Shown in pieces: positions 1-9,290 of a stretch of DNA of 30,174 nucleotides. The stretch comes from a virus. Lineage: Duplodnaviria; Caudoviricetes. How positions within the stretch are numbered: position 1 is the stretch's first letter; each line of letters opens with the position of its first letter. Under the pieces are notes generated by a model that saw only the letters and a program-made list of their open reading frames with translations, ran no database searches and was not told the DNA's origin. Both the position numbers and the translations under genes were made by a program. The DNA is taken from the IMG/VR virus record IMGVR_UViG_3300027772_001073, positions 1 through 30,174 of that record. One strand, written 5' to 3'.

Positions 1-60
1 CTACATTGGAAGTATGGTAATCCTGTAACTAGATTAAATTACGTTAAGGCAGTACAATGA
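1..60 (+). CDS. 3' end of a CDS entering from the left edge (LHWKYGNPVTRLNYVKAVQ*)
   Basis: Frame 1 is open up to TGA at 58-60, which overlaps the next ATG (ATGA coupling). Confidence 0.5.
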   Translation, partial: LHWKYGNPVTRLNYVKAVQ

Positions 61-482
61 CAGACGAATTTGAAAAATATGACGCTTTTGAAAAGCATAT
101 GACTGAGCAGTTTTCACAGATGTTCACAGAACCCTATGGTGGATTTTGTTGTGGAGAAGGTTGGTGGCCAATTATTGCAGAACTGTGCGGCCAAATCCAG
201 AACCACATTAATTGGAAGAACAGGCAGTCAGAGATTGTTCCGCAAGTAATTGTAGGACAGATTAAAGAAAAGTTTGGCGGCCTACGGTTCTACTACGACG
301 GTGGCGATGACGAGATTAGCGGTATGGTACGTATGGCAGAAGCATGGGCGGCACGTACTTGCGAAACATGTGGTGCTCCAGGTAAGAGAAGAGATGGCGG
401 GTGGATTAAGACTCTGTGCGATACACACGAAGCAGAGCGTCAACAACGAGTAAAACAATATGAAAATCAAATTAGTCAGTGA
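57..482 (+). CDS. Hypothetical phage protein (QIKEKFGGLRFY motif, C-terminal CxxCG...C knuckle)
   Basis: 141 aa ORF, coupled start; contains GEGW, QIKEKFGGLRFY, CETCG and TLC. Confidence 0.75.
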   Translation: MTDEFEKYDAFEKHMTEQFSQMFTEPYGGFCCGEGWWPIIAELCGQIQNHINWKNRQSEIVPQVIVGQIKEKFGGLRFYYDGGDDEISGMVRMAEAWAARTCETCGAPGKRRDGGWIKTLCDTHEAERQQRVKQYENQISQ

Positions 483-1302
483 TCTCCATTTAGAGTTCTC
501 TGATATAAACATTACTAACTATGAAGGCTGCGATGTTCTAATCCTTTCTGGCGACATTATGGTTGCTGAAGATCTACACAATCATAGTGAGGAAAGTGTA
601 AGAACTGCAGCCATGATTGAAAGTTTAGGGCGCCGCCAGGAAACTGCTCAACGATTTCGAGACTTTCTTAAGCGTGTTAGCTTTCAGTTTCCTCATGTGA
701 TCTACGTAGCAGGCAATCATGAGTTCTACCATGGTAGATGGGATCAGAGTTTGATCACATTGAGCAATGAGTGTGCTAAGTTTCCCAACGTCTACTTCCT
801 AGAAGCAGGCAGTAAGAAGATTGATGATATAACTTTTATTGGTGGTACTTTGTGGACTGATATGAACAAAGGTGATCCGCTTACACTACATTCTGTACGT
901 GACATGATGAACGACTTTACTGTTATTAAAAAGGATCTTGAGGGATACACTAGACTTAAGCCTCATGACACAGTTATTCGCCATAAGCACATGCTGGGCT
1001 ATATCAAACAAATTGTTGCTGAACGGCACGATGAGAAGTTTGTCGTAGTTGGACATCATGCTCCTAGCAAGTTGTCAACTCATGAACAGTATGCAGATCA
1101 ACACCTAATGAATGGTGCGTACAGCAGTGACTTGAGTGAGTTTATTCTTGATCGTCCGCAGATCAAACTGTGGACACATGGGCATACCCATCATCCGTTT
1201 GACTATATGATTGGTAGTACTCGTGTAGTATGCAACCCTCGTGGCTATGAAGGCTATGAGCCAGAGAGTGGCTGGAATCCTAACATTGTAATAGAGGTAT
1301 AA
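460..1302 (+). CDS. Calcineurin-like metallophosphoesterase
   Basis: SDLH, SGD, GNHE, HHAP and HGHTH motifs in canonical order. Confidence 0.9.
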   Translation: MKIKLVSDLHLEFSDINITNYEGCDVLILSGDIMVAEDLHNHSEESVRTAAMIESLGRRQETAQRFRDFLKRVSFQFPHVIYVAGNHEFYHGRWDQSLITLSNECAKFPNVYFLEAGSKKIDDITFIGGTLWTDMNKGDPLTLHSVRDMMNDFTVIKKDLEGYTRLKPHDTVIRHKHMLGYIKQIVAERHDEKFVVVGHHAPSKLSTHEQYADQHLMNGAYSSDLSEFILDRPQIKLWTHGHTHHPFDYMIGSTRVVCNPRGYEGYEPESGWNPNIVIEV

Positions 1303-1303
1303 T

Positions 1304-1456
1304 ATGGAAAATTTTAACGTAGCAGAAGTAACAAAAACAACAGCTAAAAATATGTATGAGCTACTACTGCAGTTAGCAAGTCATATTGAAAAACTTGAAG
1401 CTGAAAATGCAACCCTTAAACAAAAATTGAGTGCCCATGATGACGACCTTAAATGA
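1304..1456 (+). CDS. Small coiled-coil hypothetical protein (50 aa, not in ORF track)
   Basis: MENFNVAEVTKTTAKNMYELLLQLASHIEKLEAENATLKQKLSAHDDDLK*; GAGGT RBS at 1294-1298; fills the operon gap. Confidence 0.7.
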   Translation: MENFNVAEVTKTTAKNMYELLLQLASHIEKLEAENATLKQKLSAHDDDLK

Positions 1457-1724
1457 AAAAGACTTTAAAGTCTTTAAAAAGTGGTTGAAAGGTCACTTGG
1501 CTTATGGTCCTACTACTGTGATTTTTACTAAAAAAGATGGTACAGAGCGAGTTATGAATTGTACTACTAGTACTGATATTGTGCCTCTAGTAGAAATTAA
1601 AGAAAGTGTAGAGAAAAAAGAAAAGAAAGTCAACGAAGAGGTAATGCCGGTCTATGATATCGAAGCAAAGGCATGGAAGAGTTTTCGTTGGGATTCAATT
1701 AAACAGGTAAGGTTCGAATTATGA
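1437..1724 (+). CDS. WYL_2 / Sm-like SH3 beta-barrel phage protein
   Basis: FTKKDGTERVMNCT...VYDIEAKAWKSFRWDSI pattern. Start could be 1431, 1437 or 1440. Confidence 0.7.
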   Translation: MMTTLNEKDFKVFKKWLKGHLAYGPTTVIFTKKDGTERVMNCTTSTDIVPLVEIKESVEKKEKKVNEEVMPVYDIEAKAWKSFRWDSIKQVRFEL

Positions 1725-1951
1725 GACAATATGTAGAAGACACGTGTGAAGTTATTTGTGAAGATAATGGTCGCAAAATGGTTGCAGATCTTTTGAGTTT
1801 TCGCGAACACGATCACATTGCAGTTAGTATTGAAAAACAGTTAAAATTAGAAATGCGATGGAATGGAAACATCTATGAAGGCAAAATGGGTCGTATGAGT
1901 TTTACTTCAGACGGACCATTAGTTCGAAACTTTAAACAAGGTAGAAGATGA
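1721..1951 (+). CDS. Hypothetical protein
   Basis: 76 aa, ATGA overlaps at both ends. Confidence 0.7.
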   Translation: MRQYVEDTCEVICEDNGRKMVADLLSFREHDHIAVSIEKQLKLEMRWNGNIYEGKMGRMSFTSDGPLVRNFKQGRR

Positions 1952-2367
1952 AAATTGGTCTGAGTTATAGTCGCTGTGTTCGTGATATTGTTGACGGTGT
2001 CGTAGACATTGCCGATGTGTTGGTCATTATCAGTCGTACAGATTTTGATCCGCATGACAATGAACAATGGCAGGGTATTTGGCAAGGATATCATCAGCGT
2101 GGCGGTTGGAGTAATCCCGAATGGGGCCACTATGCAGAGGAAGATGAAGACCGCTTTCGTTCAGTAAGCATTGAACTTTGGGAGACTGGTAAGTTACATC
2201 AGCCTCGCAAGTTTGGTGCTCACCCTAGTCGCCGTCCGGAAATTTGGCTAGAAGCTGTATTGCCTAGCAGTGAATTAAAAAAGAACCCTGCGGCTAAAAT
2301 TGCTTGGGACAAGTTCCAGACAGTTGCAGGTTTAACAAATGTAAATTTAGATAAGGAATACAAATAA
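1948..2367 (+). CDS. Hypothetical phage protein
   Basis: 139 aa, coupled to both neighbours (ATGA and TAATG). Confidence 0.75.
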   Translation: MKIGLSYSRCVRDIVDGVVDIADVLVIISRTDFDPHDNEQWQGIWQGYHQRGGWSNPEWGHYAEEDEDRFRSVSIELWETGKLHQPRKFGAHPSRRPEIWLEAVLPSSELKKNPAAKIAWDKFQTVAGLTNVNLDKEYK

Positions 2368-2987
2368 TGCCACGCTTAATACCTACAGTTATAGAAACAG
2401 AAGCTCGTGGAGAACGTGCATATGATATCTATAGTCGCCTACTCAAAGATCGTATTGTCATGCTTGACAGCGAAGTTGACGAACATAGTTCAAGTATTCT
2501 TGTAGCACAATTGCTATTTTTAGAAAGCCAGGGCAATGAAGATATCACATTCTTTATTAACAGCCCAGGTGGATCAGTAACAGCTGGGCTAGCTATCTAT
2601 GATACTATGCAGTTTATCAAACCTGATGTAGCTACCTACGTTATGGGACAGGCTGCTAGTATGGGATCATTCTTAGCACAGGCGGGTGCGGCAGGCAAGC
2701 GTTTTGTCCTGCCAGAAAGCCGTACGATGATACATCGTGTTAGCTCAGGTACACGTGGTACTAGCGGGTCAGTACACGTACAAGAATTGCAGTTTGAAGA
2801 TGCTAAACGTAGCTTTGAAGAAAGTCAACGACTAAACAAACGTCTTACAGAATTGTATGTGCGCCATAATACTGCTGGTAAAACCTATGATGAACTATTC
2901 AGTAATATGAAGTTTGACACGTTTTTATCAGCAGATGACGCTGTAGCCTATGGCCTAGCAGACAAAGTTATCTCAAAACGCCCATAA
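2367..2987 (+). CDS. clpP: ClpP-family serine protease subunit
   Basis: YDIYSRLLKDRI, INSPGGSVTAGLAIYDTMQF, AASMG (Ser), MIH (His), DTFLSA (Asp), YGLAD. Confidence 0.95.
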   Translation: MPRLIPTVIETEARGERAYDIYSRLLKDRIVMLDSEVDEHSSSILVAQLLFLESQGNEDITFFINSPGGSVTAGLAIYDTMQFIKPDVATYVMGQAASMGSFLAQAGAAGKRFVLPESRTMIHRVSSGTRGTSGSVHVQELQFEDAKRSFEESQRLNKRLTELYVRHNTAGKTYDELFSNMKFDTFLSADDAVAYGLADKVISKRP

Positions 2988-3647
2988 TTAAAACTTAGAT
3001 AGATCTAATATACGTTGTAACTCTAGGGATTCTTTTATCCCTAGCTTTGCCATAGCGGTACGAGTTTCTGGACCCATTTTTCCATCGGCACCATATTTAG
3101 GCAATGCGTTAGGATCTTTAGCCAGTATTCGATCTTGTAGGGCTTTTACTTTGGGATCAGCTTTGTTTGATCCTACTTTGTTAGTAGCTGTATATTTTGG
3201 ATTATTTTCGTATTCCCAACGAGGGCTAGTACTACTTCCGGCACCTGAGGTATTTGCCCATGCATCGTATTCTGCTTGAGGCAAAGACTTTAACCATTGA
3301 TTTAAAGTTCCTTGATCTGCTATCTTTCCATTTTTATCAACAAATCTGTTAACTATAGTGCCCATTCGATCATCACCTATTTGGGGACTCATAACACCAC
3401 CATTATCTACAGGTTGCCACCAACTTGTTTTTACTGGATTAAACGGCAAGTCTGTTGCTGGTGATGGTCTAAGCAAATACCAAGTTCCGGGAGCAGTTGA
3501 ATCTGGGCTCGGAACTTCCTGATAATTACCTTTAGGAGGTGCAACTGCCTTTCCCCCAGACCCTGAAAATTGATTCCATCCAGAAGGAACAGTGTCGTAT
3601 TCATTTATTTGAATAGTTTCAGCTAGATAATCTTTAAAAGTTTTCAT
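2988..3647 (-). CDS. Putative virion-associated protein with C-terminal peptidoglycan-binding-like domain
   Basis: Start re-called at MKTFKDYLAE (ATG 3647), 5 nt after TATAAATA. C-terminal VKALQ...GADGKMGPETRTAM resembles PG_binding_1. Confidence 0.65.
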   Translation of the reverse strand: MKTFKDYLAETIQINEYDTVPSGWNQFSGSGGKAVAPPKGNYQEVPSPDSTAPGTWYLLRPSPATDLPFNPVKTSWWQPVDNGGVMSPQIGDDRMGTIVNRFVDKNGKIADQGTLNQWLKSLPQAEYDAWANTSGAGSSTSPRWEYENNPKYTATNKVGSNKADPKVKALQDRILAKDPNALPKYGADGKMGPETRTAMAKLGIKESLELQRILDLSKF

Positions 3648-3652
3648 AGTAA

Positions 3653-3660
3653 TATTTATA
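3653..3660 (-). promoter_or_regulatory. T4-type late promoter TATAAATA
   Basis: Exact TATAAATA on the minus strand directly upstream of the 3647 start. Confidence 0.65.
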
Positions 3661-3749
3661 TTAGACAACATCATTTTTAAAAATATCAATAAAGTGCGTA
3701 GTTAATGGGCATTGACACAGGACTTAAATAGTACAACTGGGAGAGTACT

Positions 3750-4475
3750 GTGTCAAGAAAGCCATTTAACTGGTCGTTGTTAGACAGAGATAACTTGTAC
3801 ACCATGATGTACGAGTTAAAGCCCTTTGTGGTGGGCAAACGCCTTGCCATTAAAACCTTGCAAAAACTACTGAGTGACCATCTCAAATGGTATCTTCCTA
3901 TTAGAGTTAGACTAAAGCGTGATCCTACTCACGATAAGGGCATTGTTTATATAGGCGGCGCATACTATGCTCACTATGATCAAGAAGAACATAAGCAGAT
4001 CGAAATAAATTTTAGTTATAAATCTACCAGCTCAGAAATTAAACTTTCAGAAAATCGCTGGGATAGAATGTGTAGACTATTTGCAGATACTATGCTACAC
4101 GAAATTGTACACTTGAGACAATACCGTACTAGACAATTCAAAGATATTCCCGGATATCAAAGTACAGCCTACTATGCTAGAGATCGTAAAGAGCAAGAAT
4201 ACTACGGTCATAAAGATGAAATGGGCGCATTTGCTTTTAATATTGCCTGTGAGTTACATGACAAATTTGGCAACAATTTTGACGCAGCCAAACACTACTT
4301 AGACAACAATCTATCCAAACGTGCTAAAAAATCCTGCTGGCACAAGTACATGAAAACATTTGATTGGAACCATAACCATCCAGTTATACGCTCTATGAAA
4401 AAGAAAATCATTAGAAACTTACCCTATGCCCAAATTGGCAAGCCATTTAAAACTCCAGACCACTTGACTTATTAA
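3750..4475 (+). CDS. HExxH zinc-metallopeptidase-like protein
   Basis: LHEIVHLRQY plus downstream EMGAFA (candidate third ligand); GTG start with GGAG upstream. Confidence 0.65.
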   Translation: MSRKPFNWSLLDRDNLYTMMYELKPFVVGKRLAIKTLQKLLSDHLKWYLPIRVRLKRDPTHDKGIVYIGGAYYAHYDQEEHKQIEINFSYKSTSSEIKLSENRWDRMCRLFADTMLHEIVHLRQYRTRQFKDIPGYQSTAYYARDRKEQEYYGHKDEMGAFAFNIACELHDKFGNNFDAAKHYLDNNLSKRAKKSCWHKYMKTFDWNHNHPVIRSMKKKIIRNLPYAQIGKPFKTPDHLTY

Positions 4476-4492
4476 CTGCTAGACTGTATAAT
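4464..4492 (+). promoter_or_regulatory. Sigma70-type (early) promoter
   Basis: TTGACT (4464-4469), 17 bp spacer, TATAAT (4487-4492), upstream of the ligase. Confidence 0.75.
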
Positions 4493-4521
4493 ATATACAT
4501 TAAACAGCAGAAAGGTCTAGT

Positions 4522-5844
4522 ATGCATGATCCGTGCCAAAATGTAATTTCCACCCTTGAAGATCACAATAGTCGTTTGGACAAAGAAGCCATTATTTTGG
4601 CTCAAGCAGACGCAGGTAATAAAGAGTTTTTTGAAGGTGCCAGGCTTGCATTAGACCCTATGATCACATTTGGATTGAAACAGATCCCGGAGAAAAAAGA
4701 TGAAGATGGTTCTGGTTTGGATTGGGATAGTTTTAGCCTCATTATCACTGGCTTTGTTAATCGCTCACTCACAGGCAACCTTGCTCGTGACACCGTTGCT
4801 AAAATGATGAAGAGTGCCACTAAGGCGCAATGGAATGGCTGGTATCGACGCATACTGATTAAAGACCTGCGATGCGGTGTTAGCGAGAAAACTGTTAATA
4901 AAGTAGTGGAGAAGAAATGGCCTGACTATGCAATACCTATTTTTAGTTGTCAGCTTGCTCATGATAGTGCTAATCACGAGTCAAAAGTTTCTGGACAAAA
5001 GCTCATTGAGGTTAAGTTGGACGGAGTACGTGTTATTACTATTGTGTATCCTGATGGGCGTGTGGATATGTTTTCCCGTAATGGCAAGGAACTAGTAAAC
5101 TTTCCCCATGTAACAGAACAGATCAGTGCTGTGGTTAAAAAGACTCCTCCACCATATGCTCTAGTTCTAGACGGTGAGATCATGAGCAGTAGTTTTCAAG
5201 ACTTGATGACACAGGTGCATCGTAAAAGCGATGTCAAGGCCAACGATGCTATCCTAAACTTGTTTGACATGTGTCCACTTGAAGACTTTGAAAAGGGTTT
5301 CTGGGACAAGAGTCAGACTGTGCGCAGTCAAATGGTTCAGGCTTGGGTAGAACAAAATAATGAAATGTTGCCTAATGTTACTTGCCTTGCCAATGAACTA
5401 GTTGATTTGGATACAGATGCAGGTCAGTTGCGCTACAAAGAAATTAACGCACAGGCAGTTACTGGTGGGTATGAAGGTATTATGATTAAAGATCCAGAAG
5501 CTGGATACGAATGTAAACGAAGTGTAGCGTGGCTAAAACTTAAACCATTCATTGAAGTATCATTGGAGGTAGTAGATGTTGAAGAAGGCACGGGACGAAA
5601 CGTTAGCAGGCTTGGAGCGATTGTCTGCCAAGGAGTCGATGACGGCAAAGCTATTCGGGTCAATGTTGGCAGTGGTTTTAGCGATAGTGATCGCGATATT
5701 TTTTGGACTTCACGCGATTCCCTACTTGGTCAGATCGTGGAAGTGCGAGCAGATGCCGTCACCCAAAACCAAGACGGAACATACAGTCTGCGATTTCCAA
5801 GGTTCCTACGGTTCCGTGGATTCCAAGTAGGAGAGAAGCTTTGA
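4522..5844 (+). CDS. ATP-dependent DNA ligase
   Basis: KLDGVR adenylation motif, LDGEI, EGIMIK, WLKLK, OB fold (VGSGFSD...SLRFPRF). Confidence 0.95.
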   Translation: MHDPCQNVISTLEDHNSRLDKEAIILAQADAGNKEFFEGARLALDPMITFGLKQIPEKKDEDGSGLDWDSFSLIITGFVNRSLTGNLARDTVAKMMKSATKAQWNGWYRRILIKDLRCGVSEKTVNKVVEKKWPDYAIPIFSCQLAHDSANHESKVSGQKLIEVKLDGVRVITIVYPDGRVDMFSRNGKELVNFPHVTEQISAVVKKTPPPYALVLDGEIMSSSFQDLMTQVHRKSDVKANDAILNLFDMCPLEDFEKGFWDKSQTVRSQMVQAWVEQNNEMLPNVTCLANELVDLDTDAGQLRYKEINAQAVTGGYEGIMIKDPEAGYECKRSVAWLKLKPFIEVSLEVVDVEEGTGRNVSRLGAIVCQGVDDGKAIRVNVGSGFSDSDRDIFWTSRDSLLGQIVEVRADAVTQNQDGTYSLRFPRFLRFRGFQVGEKL

Positions 5845-6065
5845 AGATAAGTACTAGAACAAGTAATATTAGAACCATACGACATGGTGATGCTAAGTTT
5901 ATGCTTCAGGACGGTCTTGTAATATGCCCTAGGGCAGGATTTGAAATCAACGACAAGTGCCCTAGAGAGTATAAGATGATTATTTCAGAATGTATTAATA
6001 ACGGATGGATTAAACCGGTAGCACATGTTTATGGTAAGGAATTAACAATGGATGCACTAAGATGA
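5841..6065 (+). CDS. Hypothetical protein (74 aa)
   Basis: TTG start overlapping the ligase stop, AGGAG at 5829-5833; this is the 3' part of the 5703 ORF in the track. Confidence 0.65.
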   Translation: MKISTRTSNIRTIRHGDAKFMLQDGLVICPRAGFEINDKCPREYKMIISECINNGWIKPVAHVYGKELTMDALR

Positions 6066-6244
6066 AAATTGAAGTAGATCAAATATGGGGTGCCGGAAAC
6101 GGAACAGAATTCCATATAGACTATATTAGAGAAACTGAAGAAGGTCGTTGGGTACATTATACCAATACATTTACTCAACAAACATACAGTTGTCTAGAGC
6201 CAGCATTTAGACAACGTTTTACACCAATTATTAACCGTCATTAA
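6062..6244 (+). CDS. Hypothetical protein (60 aa)
   Basis: ATGA-coupled ORF in the operon. Confidence 0.65.
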   Translation: MKIEVDQIWGAGNGTEFHIDYIRETEEGRWVHYTNTFTQQTYSCLEPAFRQRFTPIINRH

Positions 6245-6254
6245 GGAGACTATT

Positions 6255-6944
6255 ATGTTTGGAACAACTTATACAGGTGGAATGTCATATCGTTCTGCTA
6301 GCGAAATTAATTCAGCAATGGGCCGTGTTTACGGACACATGAGTCTTGCTGTTATTGTATCAATGATTGTCAGTTACTTTGTGGGCTCTAGTCCAGAGTT
6401 ATTGGCATTCTTTTTCACAGGCGTGATGAAGTGGATTGTAATCTTTTCACCGCTGGTAGCAATCTTTGGTGTTGCTATGGTACTAGGTAATAATCCTAGT
6501 AAAGGCGTAGCACAGTTATGCCTGCATGGATTTGCGGCATTGATGGGTTTGAGCTTTGCTACAATCTTTGCCGTGTTTACTATGGGTAGTATTGTCAGTG
6601 CCTTTATGGGTGCGGCAATCTTGTTTGGTGTTATGAGTGGCTATGGTTACTTTACCAAGAAAAGTTTAGATAGCCTAGGCAAGTTTATGTTTGTTGGTTT
6701 AATTGCTATCATCATTGCCAGCATCGTTAATATCTTTATTGGCAGCACAGTTATGCAGATGGTAATCTCAGCCTTGGCTATTATCATCTTTCTGGGATTA
6801 ACTGCCTATGACACACAGAAAATCCGTGAAGAAGTCAGTGTGGACACTAGCGATGTTGTAGAGATTCGCGGAGCATTGACTCTGTACATGGATTTTATTA
6901 ACTTGTTTATTAACCTGTTACAACTGTTTGGAGATCGTAAATGA
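6255..6944 (+). CDS. BAX inhibitor-1 / YccA family membrane protein
   Basis: About 7 hydrophobic segments, RVYGHM, TAYDTQKIRE, GALTLYMDFINLFINLLQL; AAGGAG RBS. Confidence 0.92.
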   Translation: MFGTTYTGGMSYRSASEINSAMGRVYGHMSLAVIVSMIVSYFVGSSPELLAFFFTGVMKWIVIFSPLVAIFGVAMVLGNNPSKGVAQLCLHGFAALMGLSFATIFAVFTMGSIVSAFMGAAILFGVMSGYGYFTKKSLDSLGKFMFVGLIAIIIASIVNIFIGSTVMQMVISALAIIIFLGLTAYDTQKIREEVSVDTSDVVEIRGALTLYMDFINLFINLLQLFGDRK

Positions 6945-7378
6945 TTCGTGAGTTTATCAATATCGTAGAAGGTATGCGTGTCACTGACGATTGGTTTAAG
7001 GACGGTGGATTCAAAACCTACAAACGTCCTGCTAAAGAACGTTATGAGATTGCCGACGAACCTGGCACTATTGACACTCTTGAAGGTCCAGTTAAGTATC
7101 CAAAAGGATTCTATATTATGACTGGACCAAAAGGTGAGCAGTATCCTATCAGTCCAGAAAAGTTTAACGATCTTAAAGATGATTTAGGCAACGGTGTTTG
7201 CACACCTAAAAAGATTATCAAAGTGGCTAAACTAGCAGATCACTCCGGAACGGTTGACACAAGCTGGGGTGAGAAGTTACACTATAATCCAGGCGAAGAT
7301 GTTATTGTTCGTCACGGTGAAAACGACTACGGTGTAGTCAAGAAAGACATCTTTGCACAAACATACGAGAAAATGTAA
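6941..7378 (+). CDS. PGDYG-like protein with internally duplicated halves
   Basis: TLEGPVKYPKGFYIMTGPKGEQYPISPEKF versus TSWGEKLHYNPGEDVIVRHGENDYGVVKKDIF. Confidence 0.6.
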   Translation: MIREFINIVEGMRVTDDWFKDGGFKTYKRPAKERYEIADEPGTIDTLEGPVKYPKGFYIMTGPKGEQYPISPEKFNDLKDDLGNGVCTPKKIIKVAKLADHSGTVDTSWGEKLHYNPGEDVIVRHGENDYGVVKKDIFAQTYEKM

Positions 7379-8208
7379 TGAGAAAAAACTATTGGTCATG
7401 CAGTAAATTTGCAGACTGGGTTCGAGGAACACCTAAACGAGGTGCACTAACCTCGGATGGATGGCACGAATGGGAAGTTGAAGCAAAAGGCTACAATCCT
7501 GTTCGTTATTGGATTGCGGAAGAGGCCCTAGATGCAATCCAAAATTTTATATGGTGGCCTGTGGATCAATTATATGCTGTCAAATATTATATCAACAACC
7601 GATTTGTTTCTCGTACTCATAGTCTTACCGCTCATCCCCGGGATATTAAACCTGGCCAGTGGCAAGACGTGGGGAACCGCTTTTTGCCTTGCCTATTCAA
7701 TGAGCTGGTTGATTTTGTTGAGATAGAATCAGCCTGGAGTCACATTGCCTGGGGCGATAAAGAAGCTTGTGCCAAGTACGATCCTCCCTTCTGGGCCAGT
7801 GGTTGGTTCCGTTGGCGCACTTGGCGTTGTCCACAAGCAGGTCTCGATCACTTAGATTGGGCAATGACACTGACTAACACTGACTGGTGCGAACCTGATC
7901 ATCCAGAATATGGAACCCCTACATCACAAGCAGAACGTGCAAAAGAAATCAAAGAACTCTACACCTGGTGGACTGTGACCTATCGTGCTCGTCCTGATCC
8001 CTACGATGCAAGTGGGTGGAGTGAATACTGCGAAAAGACTCGCGAACTCAACGATGGCAGACTATTTGGTAGCAAAAAGACTCCCGAACTTGAAGAACTA
8101 AGCACACGTTCTCATGAAATGCTACAGAAGATTGAAGCAGACTACGCGGCAGAAGACGAAGCTATGATGATTCGTCTTATCAAAGCTCGTGATAGTCTTT
8201 GGACATAA
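7378..8208 (+). CDS. Trp-rich hypothetical phage protein
   Basis: 276 aa, TAATG-coupled. Confidence 0.75.
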   Translation: MRKNYWSCSKFADWVRGTPKRGALTSDGWHEWEVEAKGYNPVRYWIAEEALDAIQNFIWWPVDQLYAVKYYINNRFVSRTHSLTAHPRDIKPGQWQDVGNRFLPCLFNELVDFVEIESAWSHIAWGDKEACAKYDPPFWASGWFRWRTWRCPQAGLDHLDWAMTLTNTDWCEPDHPEYGTPTSQAERAKEIKELYTWWTVTYRARPDPYDASGWSEYCEKTRELNDGRLFGSKKTPELEELSTRSHEMLQKIEADYAAEDEAMMIRLIKARDSLWT

Positions 8209-8218
8209 AAGTCTAATT

Positions 8219-8247
8219 TTGTAATCATATTGTAATCTCTTTGTGTT
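8219..8247 (+). promoter_or_regulatory. Pho-box-like direct repeat upstream of pstS
   Basis: TTGTAAT-cata-TTGTAAT-ctct-TTGTGTT with 11 bp period, resembling the PhoB CTGTCAT repeat. Confidence 0.6.
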
Positions 8248-8285
8248 TAAATAGTTAGGTAGTAACTAACACAAGGAGATCTACA

Positions 8286-9290
8286 GTGAAAAAACTATTT
8301 GCTATTCTATTAGCCACAGCGGCTATTACAGCATCAGCAGCCGACATCACAGGCGCCGGTGCGACTTTTCCAATGCCTATCTATTCTAAATGGGCTGAAG
8401 GATATAAGAAAGCCACTGGTAACAGTTTAAATTATCAAAGCATTGGCAGTTCAGGTGGCATTAGACAAATCAACGCCAAGACCGTTGACTTTGGCGCAAC
8501 TGATGCTCCAGTTAAAGGTGAAGAACTAGACAAGAACGGACAAGTACAGTTCCCTGCTATCATTGGTGGAACTGTTCCTGTTGTCAACTTAGATGGTATC
8601 AAGCCAGGTGAACTAAAGATTACTGGACCTGTAATGGCTGAAGTATTCATGGGTACTATTGCTAAATGGAATGATCCTAAGTTACTAGCATTAAATCCAG
8701 GCAAGACACTACCAGATGCACCAATCACCGTTGTACATCGTGCTGATGGTAGTGGTACAACATTTAACTGGACAGACTATCTTGCTACAGTAAGTCCTGA
8801 ATGGGAGAAGCGTGTGGGTCGTGGTGCCGCAGTTAAATGGCCCAGTCCAAATAGTGTAGGTGGCAAAGGCAATGAAGGTGTTGCTGCCAATGTGAATCGT
8901 ATCAAAGGTTCAATAGGTTACGTAGAGTATGCTTACGTTAAAAAGAACAACATGACATTCTTACAACTACAAAACAAATCAGGCAAGTATGTTAGCCCAG
9001 ATGACTTAACATTTGCGGCAGCTGCCGACGGTGCTGATTGGTTTAGTGTCTCTGGTATGGGACTAAGCATTGTGGATCAAAAGAATCCTAATGCTTGGCC
9101 AGTAAGTTCAGCAAGTTTCATCATTATGTATAAAGAGCCAAAGAACAAAGCTACCAGCGATGAAGTATTAAAGTTCTTTGATTGGGCATTTAAGAATGGC
9201 AAGAAAGATGCTGTAGATTTAGATTATGTACCATTACCTGACGCATTAACAAAACAGATACGTGAGCGTGTTTGGACACAAATTAAATAA
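8286..9290 (+). CDS. pstS: Phosphate ABC transporter substrate-binding protein PstS
   Basis: Signal peptide, ITGAGATFP, YQSIGSSGG, DFGATD, HRADGSGTT, GYVEYAY; AAGGAG RBS with GTG start. Confidence 0.96.
   Translation: MKKLFAILLATAAITASAADITGAGATFPMPIYSKWAEGYKKATGNSLNYQSIGSSGGIRQINAKTVDFGATDAPVKGEELDKNGQVQFPAIIGGTVPVVNLDGIKPGELKITGPVMAEVFMGTIAKWNDPKLLALNPGKTLPDAPITVVHRADGSGTTFNWTDYLATVSPEWEKRVGRGAAVKWPSPNSVGGKGNEGVAANVNRIKGSIGYVEYAYVKKNNMTFLQLQNKSGKYVSPDDLTFAAAADGADWFSVSGMGLSIVDQKNPNAWPVSSASFIIMYKEPKNKATSDEVLKFFDWAFKNGKKDAVDLDYVPLPDALTKQIRERVWTQIK

Noticed and set aside
3648-3689. Longer N-terminus (MIFLKMML...) of the 2988 ORF
   Set aside because: It spans the TATAAATA promoter; ATG 3647 fits better.
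4484-4500. LexA/SOS box (CTGTATAATATATACAT) at the ligase promoter; also CTGT-N6-ACAG at 26653-26666
   Set aside because: Spacing does not fit CTGT-N8-ACAG (N9 with ACAT in the first, N6 in the second).
5576-5840. Alternative-frame ORFs 5576-5830 and the 5703 extension
   Set aside because: They lie inside the ligase and are best explained as shadow ORFs.
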